Part shown: positions 29,076-39,492 of the stretch, piece by piece
Position numbering within the stretch: position 1 is the stretch's first letter
Layout: the number at the start of each line of letters is the position of its first letter
NCBI GenBank assembly: GCA_026134085.1
Contig: JAOQIN010000008.1
Coordinates: forward strand, 1 to 56,890
Direction: 5' to 3'
Length of the DNA: 56,890 bases
DNA from: Candidatus Methanoxibalbensis ujae
GTDB lineage: Archaea; Halobacteriota; Syntropharchaeia; Alkanophagales; Methanospirareceae
The notes under the pieces: generated by a model
What the model saw: only the letters and a program-made list of their open reading frames with translations
Databases searched by the model: none
What the model was told of the DNA's origin: nothing
Translations under genes and position numbers: made by a program

Positions 29076-30989
29076 TCATCTTGCACCGCCTCCTCCGCCG
29101 CCGAAGCCACCACCGGCACCGAAACCACCACCGAGACCGCCGCCAGCGCCGCCCGTCGTTGTTGAGGGAGGTGCGGTTGCTCTGAACATATAACCGAAAT
29201 GCATCGGCATGAATATGACTGCATCCGCCTCCTCCGCAGCAGGCACTTTCACTCGCATCTTTCTCATCGCCTCCGCCACCTTCTTCCCGACACCGAGAGC
29301 AGTTCCGTAGACGAGCCACTCCTTCCACATGCTCATGTCCGCAGGAGCATACTTCTGAATGGCGGCGAAATCTGAGAGGAATGTGCGGAATGCGTCCCAC
29401 TCCTGCTTCTCCTTGTAGTAATCCCGCTTCCACTTGCCGAAGAGCGAAGAAGGTGCAGGCAACGGCACGAGAGACTGCACGAAAAGAATGAGCGAGTAGG
29501 CAACGCAAGCATTCAACGGCGGATGCACGCTTCCGAACACTGCTGCGAGTGCAATCACAACAAGCATTAAAACGAAGAAAAGTGCTGAAAGCATCGCAAC
29601 ATACTTCCTCCCGCTTGCTACGAACTCACGAGCAACCCGCTTGTCCGCAGTTTTCAATAATCTCCGCATTCTATCATGCAAACTGCTCAAATCAAGCATC
29701 GCATCTCCACCAAATTTTGCGGAATCTCTCAAGCTTTCCACACTTTCTTTGAACTTTTTCGCATCAAAAACGCCATCTTCAGCGTAATCTCTCAAAAATC
29801 TCAGCACATCACGCTCATATTCGTCCTCTCCCGCCTCAACCCCTTTCAACAACTTTATCCTCAGATTCTCCTCATCCGACTCAATCCTCAAAATGCCTCG
29901 CCTGTGCAGGTCAAGAAGCGTGGCATAGAAACCGTCCTCGTCAAAGTCAAACGCATCTTTCTTGAACACGAGATTCACCACCCACGGCTTCCTCTTCCTC
30001 GGCACATAACTCAGGAACTTCGGCACCGTAAATCGCTTCTCTCTACCATATTTGTAGTAAATTAAGAGTAAAATGAGGGGGAATGCGAGAATCAATACCT
30101 TCAAAATCACCGACAGTGCTGAAAATATGTTGTATGTCAGGTAATATTGCGAATTTGCGGTGAGTGTTTTATCCTTTACATCTTCAACAGTGCGAGGAAA
30201 ACCGCTCATAATTCCTGAAACTTCAGGAGAGAGGAGCATTTCAACCTCAAGTAGCGTGTCCTTCGGGCTTTCGCCTGTGATTAGCCACACTTTCCCGCTT
30301 CCTCCTCCGCTGCCACTACCGCTTTCACTTCCGTTCTTTCCCTCTTCTCCCACTCCTTCCGCCGCTTCCTTCCTGATTTCCATCGGAGGATGCGTGAAAA
30401 TCCGCTCAACTAATCCTTGAGGGTCGTGAATTGCGACTGTCACATGCTCGTAAGGCAGATGCTTCGTTGCGAGTTTGAGGTTCAGGTGGCAGTATTCGCC
30501 GTCGCACTCCAAAGGCGGGTGCAAACGGAAGACATACTTGATTTCCTGTTCTCCTGCGTTGAACCTTTCGGGTTTGTAGCATCCCGCCTCGTTCCTCTCT
30601 GCAAGCGACCAGATTTCGTAGTAGCGGTGTCGGAATGAACGCTTCCAAGCACCGTTCTCAAAAATCCAGACTTTTCCCCTGTGGTTTTTCACATACGGGA
30701 CAGTTCCTTGCGGTGGATTTATGCTCAAAGGCTCAACGAAGGGAACGCTGAGGCTTTCAAACGAAAGCGGGGCTTCCCAAACCCTGTAAAGCATTCTGTA
30801 TTTAGATGCCTCTCGGATTTCGTATGTGAAATGCTCTGAAAGTGTCCCGTTCAAATAAAAATCCGCCCTGTATGCTTTGACATAAACCGTGTCTTTGCCG
30901 CCTGCAATGACACCTGTCAGTAGAAGACCTGTAACTCCCACCAAAAATGTTGCAATCAGAAATATTGCAAGCTGCTTCTCCTCTCTCAT
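29076..30989 (-). CDS. DUF2207 family membrane protein
   Basis: W.AF..FL.DF, W.EWLVY.TALGV, C-terminal GGGFGGGGGG; follows lemA. Confidence 0.88.
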   Translation of the reverse strand: MREEKQLAIFLIATFLVGVTGLLLTGVIAGGKDTVYVKAYRADFYLNGTLSEHFTYEIREASKYRMLYRVWEAPLSFESLSVPFVEPLSINPPQGTVPYVKNHRGKVWIFENGAWKRSFRHRYYEIWSLAERNEAGCYKPERFNAGEQEIKYVFRLHPPLECDGEYCHLNLKLATKHLPYEHVTVAIHDPQGLVERIFTHPPMEIRKEAAEGVGEEGKNGSESGSGSGGGSGKVWLITGESPKDTLLEVEMLLSPEVSGIMSGFPRTVEDVKDKTLTANSQYYLTYNIFSALSVILKVLILAFPLILLLIYYKYGREKRFTVPKFLSYVPRKRKPWVVNLVFKKDAFDFDEDGFYATLLDLHRRGILRIESDEENLRIKLLKGVEAGEDEYERDVLRFLRDYAEDGVFDAKKFKESVESLRDSAKFGGDAMLDLSSLHDRMRRLLKTADKRVAREFVASGRKYVAMLSALFFVLMLVVIALAAVFGSVHPPLNACVAYSLILFVQSLVPLPAPSSLFGKWKRDYYKEKQEWDAFRTFLSDFAAIQKYAPADMSMWKEWLVYGTALGVGKKVAEAMRKMRVKVPAAEEADAVIFMPMHFGYMFRATAPPSTTTGGAGGGLGGGFGAGGGFGGGGGGAR

Positions 30990-31079
30990 TTCTCCTCCCT
31001 CCTCTTTCCCCCTTCTGACTGGATCTTTAGGTAATATTCTCCTCTCCTTCTTCCCTTTTCCTTCAGTCAGCCTGCACGC

Positions 31080-31646
31080 TCAACTCCAGCTCACTTCGGG
31101 GCGACGCATCTCCTCTTCAGGAAATTCAAGGTATCCCATCTTTCGCATGCCCGCCATTGACGCCACATATCTTGAAGGAATGACATCAAGCATCGTGTTG
31201 AACTCCTGAATGATGTTGTTGTATGTGTATCTGTGCCTCGCAATTTCCTCCTCTATCTCCTTTATCGCATCCATCGTTTTCACAACCGCCTCTGAAGTTT
31301 TCAATTCAGGATAATTCTCCGCAACTGCGAGCAAATTTCCGAGAATACCTCTGCTTTCTCTCTCTATTCTGTTGATTTCTTCGGGACTTGCCCTGCCCAA
31401 ACTCGCTCTCATTCTCGTGATGCTCTCAAATGTCTCACGCTCAAACCTCGCATAGCTCTTCACTGACTCTACGAGCTGCTCAATCATGTCCAGCCGCTTT
31501 TTCAACGCCACTCTCACCTGACCGAGCGTCGCTTCAGCACCGTTCCTCAAACTCTGCAGGCGGTTGTAGATTGAGATATAGTAGGCGATGAAAACAAGCA
31601 GAACGACCAACAAAACAACAGCGAGCAGCAGCATGAAGATTTCCAT
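31080..31646 (-). CDS. lemA: LemA family protein
   Basis: N-terminal [24 protein letters not shown]. Confidence 0.93.
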   Translation of the reverse strand: MEIFMLLLAVVLLVVLLVFIAYYISIYNRLQSLRNGAEATLGQVRVALKKRLDMIEQLVESVKSYARFERETFESITRMRASLGRASPEEINRIERESRGILGNLLAVAENYPELKTSEAVVKTMDAIKEIEEEIARHRYTYNNIIQEFNTMLDVIPSRYVASMAGMRKMGYLEFPEEEMRRPEVSWS

Positions 31647-31827
31647 GCCTTCGAATTTCTCCGCAAATATTTAAAAATCGCTGAAAGCCCTGAGGCATCT
31701 CTCCCTTCCCTTTTATCACCGCTCTCTCCTCCTGCCAGTGTTAGTGTTGTGGTCTCCACAAACGTTTCCACACCCTTCGCTGCATCTGCCGCGACCGCGC
31801 CGACATTATCGTGAATCTCCTTATAAT

Positions 31828-32634
31828 ATGATGAGAGGGATGAGAAGTGCGAAGCAGAAGCATGAGGAGCATGAGGAGCATGAGGAGCGGAGGCGGGATG
31901 AGAGGGTGAGCAGCGCAGGTGCGACGAAGAGAGGTTTTCGCAGTTTGTTCTGTCCGAGCTGCGGTCGCAGGACATCGGATCTCATTGAGGGTCTATGTCG
32001 TGATTGTTTCGCCGCGCGCATTGAGATAGCGAATGTTGTCCCCTCTAAGATTCTTTTGAAATACTGCCGTGTATGTGATTCATTCTTCAGGGGAGGGGAG
32101 AGAGTGAGCGTGGAGCGTGCTGCTGAGGACTTCGTCACCAGAGAGATAATGAAGAGACTGCAGTGCGAGGATTTCCGCGTTCAAGTGCGTGACATCAAAG
32201 AGATGCGCGGGAGCATCTCAGTTGTGATGCGTGTGTCCGTTGTCGTGAGTGGTGTTGAAAAGGAGGAGGAGTTTCCGCTTGAAATCTCTCTGCGGAGAGA
32301 GGTGTGCGAGGTATGCAGCAGATTTGTGGGCGGATATTACGAGGCGATAATCCAGCTCAGAGCGGAGGGGAGGGAGCCCACTGAGGATGAAATACGCATT
32401 GCGAGGGAAATTGCATTCTCATCGCTGCGTGAAAAGGATTTCATATCCAAGGAGAAGCATGTGCGGCGAGGAGTTGACTTTTATGTGAGCAGTTCCGCAT
32501 GTGCAAGACGCATATCAAGGGAAATCGTGAGATATCTGGGTGGCTCAGTGTCCGAAAGCCCGAAATTGTATGGCAGGGTTGAAGGCAGAAATGTGTATCG
32601 CGTGTCATTCTCAGTCAGATTGCCTCCTCATTGA
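31828..32634 (+). CDS. NMD3 family protein (archaeal); start uncertain
   Basis: FCPSCG...LC.DC, C..C, C..CSR..GGYYEAIIQLR, GVDFYV. Confidence 0.88.
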   Translation: MMRGMRSAKQKHEEHEEHEERRRDERVSSAGATKRGFRSLFCPSCGRRTSDLIEGLCRDCFAARIEIANVVPSKILLKYCRVCDSFFRGGERVSVERAAEDFVTREIMKRLQCEDFRVQVRDIKEMRGSISVVMRVSVVVSGVEKEEEFPLEISLRREVCEVCSRFVGGYYEAIIQLRAEGREPTEDEIRIAREIAFSSLREKDFISKEKHVRRGVDFYVSSSACARRISREIVRYLGGSVSESPKLYGRVEGRNVYRVSFSVRLPPH

Positions 32635-32683
32635 CTCCTGAAGCAATGTCTTTCTCCGCCTCGCTCTGCCTCGCTGTTCGCTG

Positions 32684-33595
32684 TTATTTCAGTCGCCGCT
32701 GTCTTGTGTATAGCGCAACAATGATGAAAATCGCAATTAGCGCAACAATGACAGTGAATCCATGCCTCTCTCTTTCCGCCTGAGAGCTCTTATCAGCATC
32801 GCTGCGTCGCTGTGACATCTCAGCATCAAACCCCTCGGGAGAGATATCCGGAGCGGGAGTCTCAGACGGAGAGGGAGCAGGCGTTGATGCCTCATCATAC
32901 CGGGGCTCATCTGCTTGCGGCTTTGTCTTTGTGGGGATTTGACCCGTTCCTCCATACCCACCTCCTCCACTCAATCCACTTCCTCCACTCAATCCACTGT
33001 TGCTGACAGGAGTCGGTGAGGATTTCGGACTCAATGGAGAAACAACAAGAAATGTTCCGCCTCTCACAGATATGTTCTCCTGTAGGATCCGAAAGGAGGA
33101 TGAGGAAAGTCTCACATCAGATATGTTTATCGTGGTCACATCTCCCGGCTTTCCGACAACACTGACATTCAGAACAATAACGGAACCTGATTTTCCGACA
33201 TCTATAGCATCTGATATTGCACCCACAGTGGACATTATCCACTCTCCTTCCTCTCCGCTCATCTCAACAGAACTCCAATCCTCTGTCAAATTACCTTCTT
33301 TCACATCTGAAATCCTGATAACACTGCTGTTATATGAAAGTTTGATCTGAATACCTACAATTTTCTCATGAATATTTGTGAATATTATTGGCAACATCAC
33401 ATTCTCCCCGTGATGACCGCACGCATCATCTATGCGAAAGGAGATGTTTTCACCTGCAGTTTCACCCGCAGCAGCCGGCATGAGAATCAATACAATAATC
33501 AGAGCTGAAAAACCGCACACGAATCTGTACATTCGTCCGACGATTCCACAGATTGAAACCTCAGAAGAAGGATCTCCTTCAAATTTTCCGCTCAT
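32684..33595 (-). CDS. Cohesin-domain surface protein with signal peptide, S/P/G linker and C-terminal TM
   Basis: GIQIKLSYNSSVI.I.DV..G.L, GSVIVLN.SVVG; C-terminal HGF-hydrophobic-RRLK. Confidence 0.75.
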   Translation of the reverse strand: MSGKFEGDPSSEVSICGIVGRMYRFVCGFSALIIVLILMPAAAGETAGENISFRIDDACGHHGENVMLPIIFTNIHEKIVGIQIKLSYNSSVIRISDVKEGNLTEDWSSVEMSGEEGEWIMSTVGAISDAIDVGKSGSVIVLNVSVVGKPGDVTTINISDVRLSSSSFRILQENISVRGGTFLVVSPLSPKSSPTPVSNSGLSGGSGLSGGGGYGGTGQIPTKTKPQADEPRYDEASTPAPSPSETPAPDISPEGFDAEMSQRRSDADKSSQAERERHGFTVIVALIAIFIIVALYTRQRRLK

Positions 33596-33611
33596 GCGGT
33601 ATTATAGGTCT

Positions 33612-34340
33612 TTACCTTTTATACACTCTTCGGCCATCGGCGTACACTCTTCGGCCTCGGCGGAGGCTCGGGAGTGTTGCGGTTATCAGCAGTATCAGAA
33701 GCGCGATGACAGGGGGTATTGATTTCAGTGACGGCGTTGGTGATGTCGGTGATGTCGGCGATTGTGCAGGCGGGGTATATGTCGGAGGGGTTACTGCAGG
33801 TTGTGAGCGTGGAGATGGGGAAGGAGATTGTGGAGGGGTTTCTCCTCTTGATAAGACTGTGAAAATGCCGCTCCTTGCGTGTGCTGTCCCCGAGTCATCT
33901 CCGGTTCCGTTCACAAGCTTTATGTCCGATATTTCAATAGTGGTTTCATTACCTGCCTTTCCAACTATGCTGAAATTGAGTATTATCACGGAACCGGACT
34001 CTCCGGATTTTATCGCGTCAGATGTGGCGCCAACAATGCCTATTACATATGATCCCCCCTCTTTTTTCATCATGGGGGAACTCCAGTTTGCGGTCAGATC
34101 TCCCTTTTCAACATGTGAAAGTGATATAACATTGCTGTCAAATATTATCCTGAACTCAATACCGGTGACGGGTTCATCATGCACATTCGTTATGATGACA
34201 GGAACCGTGGCATATGATCCCTCATATCCCCACGCACCATCAACACAAAATTCGTCGGCGGATGCGCTCGCATATACAGGAACGGCTGCCACAATCATCA
34301 TCATCACTGCTGCCACAACATTTATACGCCCGTTCTGCAT
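33612..34340 (-). CDS. Cohesin-domain surface protein (paralog of the neighbouring gene)
   Basis: TVPV.I, GIEFRIIFDSNVI....VEKGDL, GSVIILNFSIVG; P/T/S linker and hydrophobic C-terminus. Confidence 0.75.
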   Translation of the reverse strand: MQNGRINVVAAVMMMIVAAVPVYASASADEFCVDGAWGYEGSYATVPVIITNVHDEPVTGIEFRIIFDSNVISLSHVEKGDLTANWSSPMMKKEGGSYVIGIVGATSDAIKSGESGSVIILNFSIVGKAGNETTIEISDIKLVNGTGDDSGTAHARSGIFTVLSRGETPPQSPSPSPRSQPAVTPPTYTPPAQSPTSPTSPTPSLKSIPPVIALLILLITATLPSLRRGRRVYADGRRVYKR

Positions 34341-34553
34341 ACCTCATTCGCCCTCCATCTCCGGACTACCTGTCCCCTCCACGCGTGCGACATCAACAGA
34401 CAAACTCCATGTTGAGGTTATATCAGAGGTTTTATTTCTCCTTTCCATACATTTTACATTCTTTTCATATATTCCACATTATTTTTTATCACTATTCCCA
34501 TAAAACTCAAAAGCGCCATCTGGAACACTCGTTTTACTCCTTCTCTTTCGAAA

Positions 34554-35123
34554 TCAAAGATCTAAAAAATTCTTCAGCAACCTCATTCCATCCTGAGTCA
34601 GAACAGATTCCGGATGAAACTGAACTCCGAATATATCATAATATTTATGCCTGATCCCCATTATCTCGCCATCATCCGTGCTATTTGCAGTGACCTCCAT
34701 GCATTCTGGCAGGTTATCGACGACCAATGAATGATATCTGACCGCGATAAGCGGATTTCTGAGCCCTTTAAATATGTGCTTTCCGTTGTGTTTCACGATG
34801 CTTGTCTTTCCGTGTTTCAGCTGTTTCGCCATCCTTATTGTTGCGCCGAAGACAAAACCGATGCACTGATGTCCGAGGCAAACTCCCAGTATCTTCTTAT
34901 GAGGGAACTCGATCACAATATCATTTGAGATGCCCGCGTCCTTAGGAGTTTTAGGACCTGGAGAAAGTATAAAATGATCTATTTCGTCTGCTGAAACAAT
35001 TTTTCTCACTTTGTTCATGGATGTGTTGTTCCTGATAACTATTGGTTCTGCGCCGAGTGTGCCTATATACTGCACGATATTGTAAACAAATGAATCAATA
35101 TTGTCAACAACAAGCACTTTCAT
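34554..35123 (-). CDS. trpG: Anthranilate synthase component II (glutamine amidotransferase)
   Basis: DN.DSF.YN, LSPGP, GVCLGHQ, RYHSL, GVQFHPES. Confidence 0.92.
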   Translation of the reverse strand: MKVLVVDNIDSFVYNIVQYIGTLGAEPIVIRNNTSMNKVRKIVSADEIDHFILSPGPKTPKDAGISNDIVIEFPHKKILGVCLGHQCIGFVFGATIRMAKQLKHGKTSIVKHNGKHIFKGLRNPLIAVRYHSLVVDNLPECMEVTANSTDDGEIMGIRHKYYDIFGVQFHPESVLTQDGMRLLKNFLDL

Positions 35124-35157
35124 GTGGACCACCTCCTCACCTCCTCATATAGCATCA

Positions 35158-36960
35158 TCAGAGGCATGCGAGTATTGCGGCGCACTTGTTCAAAGTCTCC
35201 ATGTATTCCCTCTCAGGAACTGAATCAGCGACGATGCCCGCGCCTGCCTGAACATACATTTTCCCACCCTCAAACACTGCAGTTCTTATTGTTATTGCGG
35301 TATCCGCTGCGCGGTTGAAGGAGAAATATCCAACACATCCCGCATATATTCCCCTTCTTGTAGGTTCAAGTTCCTCTATTATCTCCATAGCACGCACTTT
35401 CGGTGCCCCTGAGACTGTTCCTGCGGGGAAAGTTGCCTCTAAAGCATCAAATTCATCCGCATCATCCCTTAAAATTCCCTCAACATCTGATACAATATGC
35501 TGGACATGTGAGAATTTCTCCACATACATAAAACGAGGCACACGGACAGTGCCGAATTTTGATACCTTACCTATATCGTTCCTCGCAAGGTCAACGAGCA
35601 TAATATGTTCGGCACGCTCCTTTTCATCGTTTAGCATCTCAAGTTCAAGCATCCTGTCCTCATGTTCTGTGCTGCCACGCGGTCTTGTGCCTGCAATAGG
35701 GCAGCTCCTCACATTCCTGCCGCCGAGCGCAGGTCGAAACTGCCTGTGAGCTCCTGACAATGCGATATCATCAGCATCAATCGCATCCGCACCAATCTCG
35801 AGACGGAGATCACATCTGTCATCAGATAGTGATGAATATGACGATGAATATGATGAGGCTGATGAAGCAGATGAAGATGATGAAGCAGATGAAGCAGATG
35901 AAGCAGATGAAGATGATGAAATCCACTGAAAAGCCGCATCCACCTTCACAAGCATTTCAGGTGACGCACCGACGACCTTGCGCGTGCCGAAATCCAGGAA
36001 ATACATGTATGGTGATGGGTTAAGCTCGCTGAGACGCATGTAAAATTGTAGCTCATCACCTTTGAAATCCGTTTCTATGCGCTGTGAGAGCACAACTTGA
36101 AAGATGTCTCCTGCACGTATGTATTCTTTTGCCTTTTTCACAATTCGCTTGAACACTTCCTCGCTCATGTTAGCTGTGAAATCTATCCCTGCTTCCGCAC
36201 GCTTGATTTTTTTCTTTTTCTCCTCCCCAATTTCCTTCTCAATTTCCTTTATATCAAGGTCATTCAATGTCGTCATTGTCTCTGTAATTTCCGCATCTGC
36301 TTCGTATATTGCATCTCTGATCCCTGAAATATTGTCCATCGGTATGAATTTGTTTGAGAGGATGAATGTCTTTCGCTCTTTATGGTCAAAGAGGATGTTT
36401 TTCCTCGTGAGTATGAACGAGAAATCCGGATGCCCGAGATCATCAACAGTGCTATCATCAAGATCAACAAAATAGCGAACGAAGTCATATGCGATGTAAC
36501 CCACGAATCCACCGAGAAAAGGAATTTCGCTGCTGTCGCACGATGCAGATGTTGCAGCTGCAATGCCGCCCTGAGCGATGCTGCTGCATCTCGCGTTCAG
36601 CCGCTTCCTCACATATGAGGATGTGATGACGACCGCGTTCATCCTCTCCATAAACGATTTTATAACGCTGAGCGGTCTTTCTGGCTCAAAACATCGCTCA
36701 AACTCCGATTTCCGCAGTGCATCATCGTAAAATTTCATGTTCAGATGAGAGGATTTCACCGATATCACAACCGCAGGGTCAAATCCTATTATCGAAAAGC
36801 GGGCAACCCTCGGAATGCCCTCACGAGATTCCAGAAGATACGACGGCTCCGCACCCTCAAGCGCAGTGATCGCACGATACAACAGCACCGGCGAAAACTC
36901 CGACAGAGGCATCAGCTCTATGCTCTGCACCACGATCATCTTCATAAATAAACCATGCAC
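35158..36960 (-). CDS. trpE: Anthranilate synthase component I with Ser-rich insertion; start uncertain
   Basis: LLES and NPSPYM (TrpE-type), FQVVLSQR, PIAGTRPRG, EH.MLVDLARND, GAPKVRAM. Confidence 0.92.
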   Translation of the reverse strand: MHGLFMKMIVVQSIELMPLSEFSPVLLYRAITALEGAEPSYLLESREGIPRVARFSIIGFDPAVVISVKSSHLNMKFYDDALRKSEFERCFEPERPLSVIKSFMERMNAVVITSSYVRKRLNARCSSIAQGGIAAATSASCDSSEIPFLGGFVGYIAYDFVRYFVDLDDSTVDDLGHPDFSFILTRKNILFDHKERKTFILSNKFIPMDNISGIRDAIYEADAEITETMTTLNDLDIKEIEKEIGEEKKKKIKRAEAGIDFTANMSEEVFKRIVKKAKEYIRAGDIFQVVLSQRIETDFKGDELQFYMRLSELNPSPYMYFLDFGTRKVVGASPEMLVKVDAAFQWISSSSSASSASSASSSSSASSASSYSSSYSSLSDDRCDLRLEIGADAIDADDIALSGAHRQFRPALGGRNVRSCPIAGTRPRGSTEHEDRMLELEMLNDEKERAEHIMLVDLARNDIGKVSKFGTVRVPRFMYVEKFSHVQHIVSDVEGILRDDADEFDALEATFPAGTVSGAPKVRAMEIIEELEPTRRGIYAGCVGYFSFNRAADTAITIRTAVFEGGKMYVQAGAGIVADSVPEREYMETLNKCAAILACL

Positions 36961-37116
36961 TCATAAATACTTTAATGCATCATTTCGGTTATTGATGATC
37001 ATATATGTGCGTATAGCACTCTCACATCAGTGATGTCTGTCGCTCGGTGATGCTTCTCCTGAGGGGATATCGGATGACGCCTAATGGGTGCTTCCTATTT
37101 CATCATCACTATCAGA

Positions 37117-38268
37117 TCAGTGTGTGAGCTGAGCGCGCATCCTTCTGAGCGCGCATCTGCATAATTCATCCGCTGTTTCATGTCCCGCTAATGCAGCACA
37201 TCCTCCGCACACATATCTGTATATACATGCGGCGCATGCTGAGTGTCGCTGTGATCGTATGTGAGTGTGGATCCGTGTGTGAATCCTGAGGTTAAGTGCG
37301 TTTCCCATGCTGCTATCGGGAAGGAAGGGGCATCTCCAGATGTCTGCATCTGGCTTTATATACAGCATGCCACACTGTGCTGCGAGGCAGCCGCTTATGA
37401 AATTGCCGATGAATCTCAAAACAAAATCTCTCCTCACACCTTTCCGCATCAGAAGGAACGCAAAATATTCAGGTGCCGCAACCGGGATTATTATCCCCGA
37501 AGAATGACGCTGTTTATTCGCTAAAATTTGAAGAAGCCTGCAGAACTCATCGTGAGTGAGGACATTTTCAGCCATTTCTGCTCCTCTACCCAGCGGAACG
37601 AAGTTGTAAATAAAATATGAGAAGACGCCTATTTTGTTTCCAAAGTCAATAATACCCGGAACTTCCTCAAAATTCATCCTTGAAGCGACTATGTTGAAGT
37701 GCAGATATGTATCATAACGCAGACAGTTCTCAATGCCGCGCATCATTGCCTTCCACGCCCCGCGAGAACCTCTCAATTCGTCGTGAATCTCAGCACGGAG
37801 CGCATCAATACCTATGACAACACCGACATCATATTCATTCAACTTCCGGGCGACTTCAGTCGTGATGAGTGTGCCGTTTGTCGCAATGAATATGTTGAAG
37901 TCTTTTTCAGTTGCATCTGAGATGAGGGTGAAGATGTCTTTACGCAGTAAAGGCTCCCCTCCGCTGAAGACAAATGTTTTTATGCCAGTTTCCTTTAATT
38001 TTTGAATGAGTTCTCTCGCTTCCTCTGTTGAAAGTTCCTTTGAAGGCTCTCCACCGAAAGCGTGGCAGTGCCTGCAACGCAGATTACATCGCCTCGTGAC
38101 CTCCCAAACGATATGAGGGTTCACGCCGAAGCACGAAATCTTACGCAAGCCAGCGCCCGCCTTCAGCACTTTCCCCGGTTGCGAGAGCCATTTCAAGAGC
38201 GAGAGAGGGTTCCACTCAGTGAGCCATGCGAAGAGCGCGAGTGAAATCACCTGCTCAACTAATTTCAT
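37117..38268 (-). CDS. Radical SAM/SPASM protein (NirJ/AhbC-like)
   Basis: WEVT..CNL.C.HC, FSGGEPL, C-terminal CxxC...CxGC. Confidence 0.8.
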   Translation of the reverse strand: MKLVEQVISLALFAWLTEWNPLSLLKWLSQPGKVLKAGAGLRKISCFGVNPHIVWEVTRRCNLRCRHCHAFGGEPSKELSTEEARELIQKLKETGIKTFVFSGGEPLLRKDIFTLISDATEKDFNIFIATNGTLITTEVARKLNEYDVGVVIGIDALRAEIHDELRGSRGAWKAMMRGIENCLRYDTYLHFNIVASRMNFEEVPGIIDFGNKIGVFSYFIYNFVPLGRGAEMAENVLTHDEFCRLLQILANKQRHSSGIIIPVAAPEYFAFLLMRKGVRRDFVLRFIGNFISGCLAAQCGMLYIKPDADIWRCPFLPDSSMGNALNLRIHTRIHTHIRSQRHSACAACIYRYVCGGCAALAGHETADELCRCALRRMRAQLTH

Positions 38269-38397
38269 CTTCGATCATCCCCGCATCGTAATGCTAATCT
38301 TGAGCTCTTGCTCAACTCAAGTTTCCGTCCATCTTTCTGTTCCCGATGAGGATGAGCGTCCATCTTTTTTATTTGAATGTGAGAGAAAAAAGAGGGG

Positions 38398-39492
38398 ATG
38401 AATGTGAACGGAGGAGAAGAGGAGGAGATTGCGGAATATGCGGAGGAGAAATGGACGCCGAGAAAGATAGAAATGCTTTTTGATGCTGACATTCACGAAA
38501 TAGGAGAGATCGCAGACAAAATAAATCGTGGAGAAGGAAATATTGTGACATTTGTAGTGAACAAGCACATAAATTACACGAATGTATGCGTGGCGAAGTG
38601 TCCTCTCTGTGCTTTCTACCGAGATGCTGGAGACAGCGATGCATATTTAATGACAGTTGAGGAGGTTCTTGCGGAAGCGGAGGATGCAATAAGGCGAGGA
38701 GCAACAGAACTGCATGTTGTCGGCTCTCTCAACCCCGAGGTGAGTATTGAATATTTTGAGGAGATTTTCTCACGCATAAAAGAGCTCTCACGCATGAAAA
38801 AGCGTAATGTTGTTGTGAAGGCATTGACCGCAGTTGAGATAGATTTCATCGCAAATAAGGAGCGAATGAGCATAAAAGAGACGCTTTCAAGGCTGAAATC
38901 TGCAGGATTGGATGCGATGCCCGGCGGAGGTGCTGAAATTCTTGTTGATGAGATTCGCAAGATGATATGTCCGAATAAGGCAAATGCGGATAAATGGCTG
39001 AAAGTCATGGAAATCGCTCACAGAATAGGCATAAAAAGCAACGCAACGATGCTATTCGGGCATATTGAGCAGATCAGGCACAGGGCTTTGCATATATTCA
39101 AACTTTGGAATCTTCAGAATCGCACAAAAGGCTTCATATCCTTTATACCTCTCCCATTTCATCCTGAAAACACAAAAATTGCTGAGATGGGATTGAATAT
39201 GAGGACAAGTTCATACGACATACTGAAGACAATTGCTGTTTCAAGGATAGTTCTGAGCAATTTCAAGAGCATTTGTGCTTATTGGGTTGGATTGGGTGAG
39301 AAATTGACGCAAATTGCGCTGAATTATGGTGCCAATGATGTCAATGGCACTGTAATGGGCGAACAAATCACGCATTCGGCGGGCGCATCATCTCCAAATC
39401 AGCTATCTGTGAGCGATATGCAGAGAATAATACGAGGTGCTGGCAAGATTCCGGCTGAGAGGGACACATTCTGCAACATAATAAAGAGATGA
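38398..39492 (+). CDS. mqnE: Aminofutalosine synthase MqnE (CofH-like radical SAM)
   Basis: INYTNVC...C..CAF, MPGGGAEI, AYWV.LG, G..D..GTV..E.I.HSAGA; overlaps mqnA. Confidence 0.8.
   Translation: MNVNGGEEEEIAEYAEEKWTPRKIEMLFDADIHEIGEIADKINRGEGNIVTFVVNKHINYTNVCVAKCPLCAFYRDAGDSDAYLMTVEEVLAEAEDAIRRGATELHVVGSLNPEVSIEYFEEIFSRIKELSRMKKRNVVVKALTAVEIDFIANKERMSIKETLSRLKSAGLDAMPGGGAEILVDEIRKMICPNKANADKWLKVMEIAHRIGIKSNATMLFGHIEQIRHRALHIFKLWNLQNRTKGFISFIPLPFHPENTKIAEMGLNMRTSSYDILKTIAVSRIVLSNFKSICAYWVGLGEKLTQIALNYGANDVNGTVMGEQITHSAGASSPNQLSVSDMQRIIRGAGKIPAERDTFCNIIKR

Noticed and set aside
31741..31806. Minus-strand 21-aa Arg-rich ORF MSARSRQMQRRVWKRLWRPQH
   Set aside because: Too short to distinguish from chance and does not match eL41 motifs
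33553..34503. Long + strand ORF (316 aa) and similar antisense ORFs elsewhere, e.g. 4136-4759, 17098-17763, 27542-28123
   Set aside because: Shadow frames opposite well-supported genes
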